Both the position numbers and the translations under genes were made by a program. The notes beneath the pieces are model-generated. The model was not told the DNA's origin. It was given only the letters and a program-made list of their open reading frames with translations, and ran no database searches. A stretch of 64,000 nucleotides of DNA from an uncultured Pseudomonadota bacterium (GTDB taxonomy: Bacteria > Oederibacteriota > Muellerivitia > Muellerivitales > Muellerivitaceae), in NCBI GenBank assembly GCA_963843375.1, contig CAWJKT010000009.1:160001-224000 (forward strand). Reading direction: 5' to 3'. Shown here in pieces: positions 1 to 7,699 of the stretch. Position 1 is the stretch's first letter, and every line of letters begins with the position of its first letter.

Positions 1-2
1 AA

Positions 3-320
3 TCAAAAATTAAGTACAAGAAGCATTATCCAATTGAAGGTAAGCCTGATTTTGTTATTTTTAATAAGAAAATTGCCGTGTTTATCGATGGTGATTTTTG
101 GCATGGCAACAATTGGCGCCTACGGGGGTTTAAAAATCGAGCTCAAGAACTCAAAAGTTATAAGAAGTTTTGGTCAGATAAAATTAAAAATAATGTCGCG
201 AGAGACAACAAAACAAACAAGAATTTAAGGAAAAAAGGTTGGGTCGTTTTGCGCTTTTGGGAACATGAGCTCAAAATTGATCCTTTCAAATGTTTGATTA
301 AGTTGAAAAAGGCTTTTTAA
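3..320 (+). CDS. vsr: Very short patch repair endonuclease (Vsr family), 5' end outside window
   Basis: The open frame from nt 3 reads ...PIEGKPDFVIFNKKIAVFIDGDFWHG...FWSDKIKNNVARD...LRKKGWVVLRFWEHE, which are the typical Vsr motifs. Confidence 0.9.
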   Translation, partial: SKIKYKKHYPIEGKPDFVIFNKKIAVFIDGDFWHGNNWRLRGFKNRAQELKSYKKFWSDKIKNNVARDNKTNKNLRKKGWVVLRFWEHELKIDPFKCLIKLKKAF

Positions 321-401
321 TAAATCTTTGTTTTATTAGAGTTTGCGCGTATACTTTTTAAGGGAATAATTATTGAAAAATAGCAAGGTTGGTAAGAGGT
401 C

Positions 402-713
402 ATGAAAAAACTGAAAGAAGCAAAAAGATTCAAGGTCACAATTGATGACAAAAATACTTTTATTGCTTGGACTTTTAGCGAGAAGTGGAACGAATGGTCT
501 GAGCCTTATTTTGAAAAAAGCGAAGCTGATAAGGTTGCCAAGATTCATGACTGTAAATACAACCCCGAAAATGATTCTTATGAATTTGAGCAAAACGGTG
601 ATGTGGAAGAATTCGAGGGAATTGAAATTAAAACCATAGAAGGTATCAAAAAGGTTTACGCAATTGGTGTGGGTTCATGGGTTTGGGATGAAGCCGAATC
701 AGTTGAAAATTAA
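402..713 (+). CDS. Hypothetical protein (acidic; WNEWSEPYF and YAIGVGSWVW motifs)
   Basis: 103-aa ORF with RBS AAGAGG before the ATG; same orientation as its neighbours. Confidence 0.7.
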   Translation: MKKLKEAKRFKVTIDDKNTFIAWTFSEKWNEWSEPYFEKSEADKVAKIHDCKYNPENDSYEFEQNGDVEEFEGIEIKTIEGIKKVYAIGVGSWVWDEAESVEN

Positions 714-744
714 ATTGATTACACTAAATTAGGGGTATAAATTT

Positions 745-1017
745 ATGAGTCAATACATATGGAAAACTGAAAAATATGAATTTAAAACTGGTTGGGATCG
801 ACCGTTAGAATATTATTTTTTGGTGATAGAACACATTAATCAAAAGAAAAAGAAGAAAGCTCCTGTATTTTCCAACCTTGAAATTCTTACCGGTCCCGGA
901 ATGACTCTTGAAGAAATCGAAGAAACTTGTTTACGTTATGTTTCAGCGTTGCCATCAGATATAAAAATGGCCTTACAAAACGATAAAATCAAACAGTCTT
1001 TGGAGTTGTTCATTTAA
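745..1017 (+). CDS. Hypothetical protein (GWDRPL motif)
   Basis: 90-aa ORF with a purine-rich RBS (AGGGG) upstream; collinear with its neighbours. Confidence 0.65.
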   Translation: MSQYIWKTEKYEFKTGWDRPLEYYFLVIEHINQKKKKKAPVFSNLEILTGPGMTLEEIEETCLRYVSALPSDIKMALQNDKIKQSLELFI

Positions 1018-1051
1018 ACCAGTTCCAATGACTTCAAGAGAATTTTTGTAA

Positions 1052-1297
1052 ACGGGTTCTGTGGTGGTTTATAGGCCTTATGAATCGAGAATTCTTAAAG
1101 AAACCGCTGAATTTTTACCTAAGTTCAAAACCCCACTATACGTAATCATCAAACGCTTTAAGGACTTGCTGATACCCTTTCGTAATCAGAGTGTGCTTTA
1201 ACCGGAATTTAACGGTTCCGCCAGTCTCAAATCCTTCTTGCCTGTGTTGGTGCCCAACATGAGTTATGACTATTTGGAGATTGGTGAGGGAATATGA
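1052..1297 (+). pseudogene. Remnant of a DUF2779-like (RNase H-fold/exonuclease-like) protein
   Basis: One frame reads GSVVVYRPYESRILKETAEFLP...IIKRFKDLLIPFRNQSVL*PEFNGSASLKSFLPVLVPNMSYDYLEIGEG. It has an internal TAA and no N-terminus. Confidence 0.65.
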
Positions 1298-1347
1298 TAA
1301 AATACCGTTAACGAATAATTTAAAAACCACGCTAACCTTAGGTGCGC

Positions 1348-1911
1348 ATGGAAAATATCTTTTCTTTAAACTACCCAGAGTACGCAACCATCAATCGAAT
1401 CAGCAAGATTTTAAAAGGAACTGGTTATTCGGCTTTTATTCCCGTAAGTAGGCAGCAAAAGGGCGTTGATTTTATTCTTCAAAACAACAAGAAGCCAAAT
1501 CATACGGTGCGATTTCAAGTCAAGAGTTCCAAAGTTTACCCAGAAAACAAACTAAAAACGTTCAATAACAAAAAAGAATATGGTTTGACTTTATGGTTTA
1601 ACAATTTCATTAATTCCGGGCAATATGAAAAAGGAAATTCTGATTATTATCTGTTTTTCGGCGTTTACCCAATTTTCACGAAATACACCACCAAAAAATC
1701 CAGAAAATTAAACGATTGGAAAGAAATACTTCTGTGCTTTAAAGAAGAGTATCTCTTTTCCCATATCAAAGAGAATGAACGATTTTTATATATCCATTTC
1801 AGCCTGAATGAAAATGGAAACGTTTCTGACGTTCTGGCGACCAGAGGGTTTAAAGAACATACGGACGTAACCGACTATTTAATTGAAAATCAACTTAAAG
1901 AGATTCTCTAG
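1348..1911 (+). CDS. Putative PD-(D/E)XK nuclease / restriction endonuclease-like protein
   Basis: The frame contains EYAT...QQKGVDFILQ...RFQVKSS, a D...QxK pattern. It is AT-rich and lies next to vsr. Confidence 0.55.
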   Translation: MENIFSLNYPEYATINRISKILKGTGYSAFIPVSRQQKGVDFILQNNKKPNHTVRFQVKSSKVYPENKLKTFNNKKEYGLTLWFNNFINSGQYEKGNSDYYLFFGVYPIFTKYTTKKSRKLNDWKEILLCFKEEYLFSHIKENERFLYIHFSLNENGNVSDVLATRGFKEHTDVTDYLIENQLKEIL

Positions 1912-2125
1912 GTATCGTCTGAATATTGCAGTCTTCAATTTCTTTGTATCTACTTCTAATTTCATTAAAAGCGTTGGCCGAATATACGGGGTAGCATATC
2001 TTTTGGATCAAAATTCTAAATAAGGAAAAAGCTTAAACCCCTTACTTTCCACCCAATCTAGCCCTGTCCGTACCATCCCCTAATCTATAAACGTATAAAA
2101 ATCAAAAAGAAGAGAGGTGGTCCCA

Positions 2126-2209
2126 ATGCATCATGGAATTTTTGGTTTATTCGTGGTTTTGGTTCTTGTGTGCGTTTTCGCTGCTATTTTCTCCGGTAAA
2201 AAGGAGTAA
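2126..2209 (+). CDS. 27-aa single-transmembrane small protein
   Basis: RBS GAGGTGG is followed by ATG. The ORF reads MHHGIFGLFVVLVLVCVFAAIFSGKKE*, a hydrophobic core with a charged C-terminus. Confidence 0.5.
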   Translation: MHHGIFGLFVVLVLVCVFAAIFSGKKE

Positions 2210-2350
2210 TAAGTTAGATAAACAGTGAATTTTAGGAATTGAGGTTTTTGTTGTAAACGCCGCTCGAAAAGTGTGACGGTGGGCGGTCCAAAAGTGTGAC
2301 ACCCCCCGCCTTCCATACGCCTTACGGTGTACGGTTGTAGGTTAGCCTTA

Positions 2351-3124
2351 TCAATCCTTCTTGTCTTTATGCTTTAGCCGTTTTTTTGATTCCACCAATC
2401 TATGGCTTTGGCCGTTCGCCTCTAGAATATGTACCCGATGGGTCAAACGGTCAATAAGCGCCCCCGTCATTCTCTCGGACCCCATGACTTCCACCCAATT
2501 TTCAAAGGGTAAATTAGTGGTCACGATCAGGCTAGTGCGCTCGTAGGCCTTGCTGACCACCTCGAAGAGCAGCTCCGCCCCGGCCTTGGCGAATGGGACG
2601 TAGCCCAGCTCGTCCAAGACGATCAAGTGGAGTCGGGCCAACTGCCGGTGGAACTTAGCCAGTTGTTTCTCCTCCCGGCGCTCCAGAAGCTCGGTCACCA
2701 AGCTGGTGACCGAGAAGAATTTCACCGCCCGGCCCTGGCAACAGGCCTGGAAGGCCAGGGCCGTGGCCAAGTGGGTCTTCCCGGTTCCTGAATTTCCGAT
2801 CAGCAGGACGTTTTCCTTTTTATCTATGTACTCGCCCCGCAGGAGTTCACGGGCCAACTCCTGGTTGATCGAGGGCTGGGCCTTGAAGTCGAATGTGTCC
2901 AATGTCTTGAGCACGGGAAAGCCGGCATCCCGAATGCGCCGCTCCTTGGCCCGGCGCTCCCGATCCAACAGTTCCAACTCGGCTAGTTTCAAGAGGAATT
3001 GCGGGTAGTCGCTGCGCTCGGTGCGGCAGAGCTGGGACATCTTGTCGTACTCGCGCAACATGGTGGGTAGCTTGAGCTTCTTGAGGTGGTGTTCCAATAG
3101 AAGGGTCTTTTTGGATTCGCTCAT
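2351..3124 (-). CDS. istB: IS21 helper ATPase IstB
   Basis: Walker A GNSGTGKT, Walker B LIVLDELG, TTNLPF and ALIDRL motifs. ATGA overlap with istA. Confidence 0.95.
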   Translation of the reverse strand: MSESKKTLLLEHHLKKLKLPTMLREYDKMSQLCRTERSDYPQFLLKLAELELLDRERRAKERRIRDAGFPVLKTLDTFDFKAQPSINQELARELLRGEYIDKKENVLLIGNSGTGKTHLATALAFQACCQGRAVKFFSVTSLVTELLERREEKQLAKFHRQLARLHLIVLDELGYVPFAKAGAELLFEVVSKAYERTSLIVTTNLPFENWVEVMGSERMTGALIDRLTHRVHILEANGQSHRLVESKKRLKHKDKKD

Positions 3125-4635
3125 GACTCACCTCCCACCGGCATCAACTCGCGGTAGGCCGCAAGATCCGTCCGGGCCACCTGGACTTGCCGCAAGTGCT
3201 CACGCCCGTCCAGCTTGAAGGTGGTCATCCGGTAATACTCCCGGGAGTAGAGCAACTGAGCCACGCCGTCCCGGGTGTAGATTTCCATTTCCACGGCTTT
3301 CTTCACTGCCCGTGTGAGCTTGCCCATGGAATGCTTTTCCAAAAGCCGCATCGTCTTGATGAATTCCCGTGTCCCCTCGCCGTGGAACTTTTCTTTTCCT
3401 TTCATGCGGCGATGCAGGAGTGTGAAACTCTCCGGCAGATTCCAGTCTGCAAGGGGCCTGGCATGATCGAATGCTCCAGGTTTTCCCTCCAAAACCGCCA
3501 AATAATGCACGGGATTTAAGGCCTCACCCTCCTTGACCCAGAGGCGTTGGTGGGTGGCGATGAGCTTGTCCTTGTGGAAAATCTCCACCCGGTCGATGTA
3601 TCCCTTGACCACCACCGGGTGATGGGCCCACTCGCAGGGAACCGAATAGTCGTTTGTGTTGAAGCGCACCAGGGACATGGACGTGGCCGTGGTGGACTGC
3701 TTGATACAGCCGTCAAAAGCAGCCGCTGGCAAGGGCCTGAAATGGGCCTTTTCTTCGTCTAGAAGTTGCTCTTTGGGAAGTTTTTTGCCACGCAATTTGC
3801 GTTGCAAGTCCTCCTCACATTTCACCACCAACTGTTCGTTCCACCCCTCCATGTTCCCCGTCACCTGCGGCACCGGCACCATGAAATTCAGTCTCGGGTA
3901 TTTCACCATGCCTTCCACGACACCCTTCTCGTTGCCACGGCGCACGGTGCAGAAGTGGTGGTCGAAGAGGTAGTGGCTTACCAACTGCTGAAAACCCTGC
4001 GTCAACTCCCGTTCGTGTACCCCGATCAACTTCTTCACGAGAGTCTTGGCGTTGTCGTAGCTGATCCGCCAGGGCACTCCGCCGAAATACTTGAAGGCCC
4101 GGATATGGCCTTCCCAAACGAACTCGGTTGATTCCCGCTCGAACATCTGCACAAAAAAGGCATCCGAGTAGGGCAAGGCCATCACGAAGTAGGGGCGTTT
4201 TACCAACACTCCGTTGAGCTTGATCAGGGCATGGCCGAAATCCACTTGGGCCTCACCGGGCCGGTGGATCAAGGGCACAAAGACCTCGCTGTTTTTGCGT
4301 TTCAAGCCCCGGACGGCCTTTTTGACCTGGGTATAGCCCCCGGTGTAACCTTCCTCGGCCTTGAGGCGATCGAAGATGCGCTTGGCCGTATGGTGCTGCT
4401 TTTTGTGGACGTGCTTGTCGTCCTGGAGGATTTGCAGGATTCGGCCCAGGAAGGGCCCGATCTTCGGCTGGGGCCGCTCCTGCTTCATCTGGTAGCCAGG
4501 CGGCTGACTGTTTTCAAGAATCTTCCTCAAGGTCTCCCAGTGGATGCCTTCTTCCTCCATCACCTGGCGCTTGGAGACCCCCTCCACCAGGATTTTCTTG
4601 CGGATTTCAGTCCATTGGTCCATGTCCTTGTACAC
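3121..4635 (-). CDS. istA: IS21 transposase IstA
   Basis: N-terminal HTH and DDE motifs AQVDFG, YDN and NEKGVVEG. Probable GTG start at 4635 after GGAGG. Confidence 0.95.
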   Translation of the reverse strand: MYKDMDQWTEIRKKILVEGVSKRQVMEEEGIHWETLRKILENSQPPGYQMKQERPQPKIGPFLGRILQILQDDKHVHKKQHHTAKRIFDRLKAEEGYTGGYTQVKKAVRGLKRKNSEVFVPLIHRPGEAQVDFGHALIKLNGVLVKRPYFVMALPYSDAFFVQMFERESTEFVWEGHIRAFKYFGGVPWRISYDNAKTLVKKLIGVHERELTQGFQQLVSHYLFDHHFCTVRRGNEKGVVEGMVKYPRLNFMVPVPQVTGNMEGWNEQLVVKCEEDLQRKLRGKKLPKEQLLDEEKAHFRPLPAAAFDGCIKQSTTATSMSLVRFNTNDYSVPCEWAHHPVVVKGYIDRVEIFHKDKLIATHQRLWVKEGEALNPVHYLAVLEGKPGAFDHARPLADWNLPESFTLLHRRMKGKEKFHGEGTREFIKTMRLLEKHSMGKLTRAVKKAVEMEIYTRDGVAQLLYSREYYRMTTFKLDGREHLRQVQVARTDLAAYRELMPVGGES

Positions 4636-4767
4636 TCCTTTTCCTCCCGGAAGCGTGGTTTTCATCACTGAAAAGCCCACATCTTCTAGGGAATTTCGGG
4701 GAGTGTCACACTTTACGACCGCCTTTTTGACCCTTCAGACCGTCACACTTTTGGAACGCCGTTTACA

Positions 4768-4952
4768 CCTCGCTTCGGGATATCCCGGTCGTGATCCTGA
4801 CCAACTCCCGGTCGGAAGCGGACGTTCGGCAGGCCTATGAGATCGGGGCCAATTATTATTTGATAAAACCGGCCAACTTCGATGAGTTCCGCTCGGCCAT
4901 CCAAAAGGTGGAGGAAATTTGGCTGGCGGGGGTTAACGGGCAGGAGGACTAG
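4768..4952 (+). pseudogene. C-terminal half of an Rcp1-like response regulator, truncated by IS21
   Basis: Directly after the IS end the frame reads SLRDIPVVILTNSRSEADVRQAYEIGANYYLIKPANFDEFRSAIQKVEEIWL...*. The N-terminal half with the phospho-Asp is absent. Confidence 0.85.
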
Positions 4953-4961
4953 GAGGATTCC

Positions 4962-5594
4962 ATGAAACATTTAATGTCAAAAGTTTGGTGGATCTTGATG
5001 CTTAGGGGGATACTGGGTTTAGTTCTGGGGCTGGCATCTTTGTGGCTTTTGGGCAGCGGGGAAAAATACGGGGATGAATTTGGCTTTTCCTTCCTGATCA
5101 GGCCGGTGGAGTTGATGATGACCTTGGTTCTTTTGCTGGGATTTTACGCCTTTTTGGAGGGACTTTTCTCCATCCTTTTAGGAATACAAGACTTTGGCCA
5201 AGGACGCCGTTGGTGGGTACTGGTCGTGGAAGGGATGATGACCATCGGTTTGGGCCTTCTGGCTTGGATGCGACCTGGTCTTTCCATCTTGATCCTTCTT
5301 TATTGGATTGCCGCCTGGGCGATCCTGTCGGGTTTGATGGAGATGAACCAAGGCCTGCGGGGAACCGAATATCGGGACCGTCGGTCGACCCTTTTTTATG
5401 CCGGACTTCTTTCCCTGCTTTTCGGAGCGGTCATCCTTTTGCAGGGAACTGAAAGCGACCGCCTCGTCTGGACCATCGCCCTCTATGCGCTGGTATCGGC
5501 TGTTCCTCCTTTGATCTTGGGATACCACCTGCGCCGGTTCCGCTTGGGGTCCCTGAGAAAAAGAAGGCGCGTGGTGGTCCTCATGAGGGGCTAA
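4962..5594 (+). CDS. HdeD/DUF308-family membrane protein
   Basis: Multiple TM helices; WWILMLRGILGLVLG and AWAILSG motifs; RBS GGAGG. Confidence 0.8.
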   Translation: MKHLMSKVWWILMLRGILGLVLGLASLWLLGSGEKYGDEFGFSFLIRPVELMMTLVLLLGFYAFLEGLFSILLGIQDFGQGRRWWVLVVEGMMTIGLGLLAWMRPGLSILILLYWIAAWAILSGLMEMNQGLRGTEYRDRRSTLFYAGLLSLLFGAVILLQGTESDRLVWTIALYALVSAVPPLILGYHLRRFRLGSLRKRRRVVVLMRG

Positions 5595-5656
5595 AGATCT
5601 AAGAACATTGGTGGAAAAGGGCGCGAACGCTATTAAAGTGTTGAGGGGATTTCCGA

Positions 5657-6091
5657 CTAATTTTTTTTGAGCCAGGTTTCTTCCAAGTAATTTATCAAGG
5701 CCCCGAAATGGGGAATATCATGCGGCTTCATGAGGAAATCATCAGCTAAGGAGAACCTGGCCTTTAATAAATCATGATCATTACGCGATCCAGTTAAAAT
5801 CAAGACAGGGATTTTCTTTAAACCCGAGTCCTCTTTGATTGTGGAAAGAACTTCCCAACCGCTTTTCTTGGGAAGGCTCAAGTCTAATAAGATGACATCA
5901 GGGGAGAGATGAAGGGATTTAAGATCATGGGGCCGGAGATAGTCCAACGCGCTTTCGCCGTCGGGCGCTACCGTCACATTGATGGGCCGTCTTGAATTCT
6001 CCAAGGCGTTCTTCATAAGCTCCGCATCCGCCGGGTTGTCCTCCACTAGAAGAATTTCAAACGGTTTAGTTTTTTGAGTTTCCGCTTTCAT
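5657..6091 (-). CDS. Single-domain response regulator (Rcp1-like)
   Basis: LLVEDNPAD, ILLDLSLP, LILTGS, MKP and a C-terminal YLEETWL. ATG at 6091 follows AAGGAGG. Confidence 0.9.
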   Translation of the reverse strand: MKAETQKTKPFEILLVEDNPADAELMKNALENSRRPINVTVAPDGESALDYLRPHDLKSLHLSPDVILLDLSLPKKSGWEVLSTIKEDSGLKKIPVLILTGSRNDHDLLKARFSLADDFLMKPHDIPHFGALINYLEETWLKKN

Positions 6092-6149
6092 GCGTTGCCT
6101 CCTTTGAAAAGCATTAATTCCGATTCTGGAACCCAAACCCACCGATGTC

Positions 6150-6641
6150 TTAAAAACCCAAGTTCCTTGATGCGCCGGGCGGAAGGTCCAGTCTTAATTC
6201 CTTAATCCAGTTCTCCTCAAGATAATTTAACAAGACGCCATACTGAGACCACACAAGGGGTTTTAAAAGATAGGCGCTTACCCGAGTTTGGTAGGCTTTC
6301 CATTTGTCTTCATCGAAATTGGAACTGGTCAGGATCAAAGTGGGGATATCGCTCAAGTGGCGGGAACGCTTGATTTCCGACGCGACTTCATGGCCGTTTT
6401 TTCGAGGAAGGTTTAAATCCAGCAGGATGAAATCAGGCCGGGATGTGGAAAAATAGGGATTTTTTCGACGTAAGTAGTTAATGGCTTGTTCCCCGTCTTC
6501 CACCACGTTCAGATTGATGGCATACCTGGAATTTTTGAAAGTTTCCTTTAAAAGGTTAACGTCACCGGGATTGTCCTCAACCAGAAGGATTTCCACAGCC
6601 CTTTGTTTTTTCGCCGGTTGAGTCTTCTGAATGGATTTCAT
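6150..6641 (-). CDS. Single-domain response regulator (Rcp1-like)
   Basis: LLVEDNPGD, ILLDLNLP, LILTSS, LKP and YLEENWI motifs. Confidence 0.9.
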   Translation of the reverse strand: MKSIQKTQPAKKQRAVEILLVEDNPGDVNLLKETFKNSRYAINLNVVEDGEQAINYLRRKNPYFSTSRPDFILLDLNLPRKNGHEVASEIKRSRHLSDIPTLILTSSNFDEDKWKAYQTRVSAYLLKPLVWSQYGVLLNYLEENWIKELRLDLPPGASRNLGF

Positions 6642-6859
6642 GCCGCCCTCAGTTTTTGGAAAAAGTCTCGCCAAGGACAAGATGGAAAGACATTGTTTCT
6701 TGTCAAGTCAAGCCGCGAACCAATGAGCCGAAAAGCCGGCCCGTAAAAAACGAGCTTTGAAATAAGGTTAAATCCGATCGTGAATTTTTTTCAATCCCTA
6801 AAAGGGCCTTTATTTAAATTTTCAGCCAGAACGATCTTTTGTGATTTTTTTAAAAATTT

Positions 6860-7285
6860 TTAATTTGGTTTTTCTTGAATGTTCGGCGTGAAACAATTCG
6901 GGGAAGGTTCAACAGAGGAACGCACCATTTTTATTAAAGCACCGCCATCCAGTTGGTTTTTGACGATGTAGTGCTGAGCGCCCAATTTAACCGCTTCTGC
7001 GGCTAGGTCGGGATCGTTATAGCCTGAAAGCACGAAAACCGGGATGAGCGGCTGGATCCGGTGGATAAGCACCAAAGGTTCCAGTCCCAAAAAAATGGGA
7101 AGAGATAAGTCCAAGAGGATGGCATCGATCTTTTCCTGGGATATGCGTTTAAGGGCGGTATCTAATTCAGCGGCTCGCGCTAGTTCAAAATCCCCATTTC
7201 CGAATTCCTGAAAAGCCTCTATCAATAAAAAGGCGTCAGGGGAATTGTCCTCAACGATTAATATCTTGAATTTTCTAGGATTCAT
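6860..7285 (-). CDS. Single-domain response regulator receiver
   Basis: LIVEDNSPD, ILLDLSLP, FVLSG and GAQHYIVK motifs. Confidence 0.85.
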   Translation of the reverse strand: MNPRKFKILIVEDNSPDAFLLIEAFQEFGNGDFELARAAELDTALKRISQEKIDAILLDLSLPIFLGLEPLVLIHRIQPLIPVFVLSGYNDPDLAAEAVKLGAQHYIVKNQLDGGALIKMVRSSVEPSPNCFTPNIQEKPN

Positions 7286-7699
7286 AAAAGTATTTTATTT
7301 AATTTTCGGGCCTAAAAGCTTGGTTTTTTGCACTTGGATATAAAAAAGTATCCGAAAGTAAGGAAACCATTTACCTCTAATGAATAATTTTTAACTGATT
7401 TTTTACAAATTTTTTTTATTTTCTCTCTTGGTTCCTGAAACCTTGAGATTTTATAAAAATTCTTGATCAAATTCCCGATTTTAGATGGCTGGGTGTTTGA
7501 AATGCCCGCTGAATTGGCACGATTCCTTTTGGCGTTAATAAACCATATCGAATGTTTCCGAAAAATTATTTAAAAGCTCGGCGATATAATTAAATTGTAA
7601 TTGATAGCGATCGATTGTGCGGAAGTGGAACTCATCAATTTTCTTCCTCCTGCATTTCGCTATCCCCGGCCATTTTAACGATTTAAAACTGGAGGGCGA

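Larger units (their letters stand above)
2252..4767 (-). mobile_element. IS21-family insertion sequence
   Basis: Imperfect terminal IRs: TGTAAACGCCGCTCGAAAAGTGTGACGGT at 2252 versus the reverse complement TGTAAACGGCGTTCCAAAAGTGTGACGGT ending at 4767. The ends are TG...CA. Repeated AAAGTGTGAC boxes lie at 2268 and 2291 and, reversed, at 4705 and 4742. It encloses istA-istB. Confidence 0.95.

Noticed and set aside
4743..4970. 75-aa minus-strand ORF at the IS end
   Set aside because: It is the antisense shadow of the truncated plus-strand response regulator.
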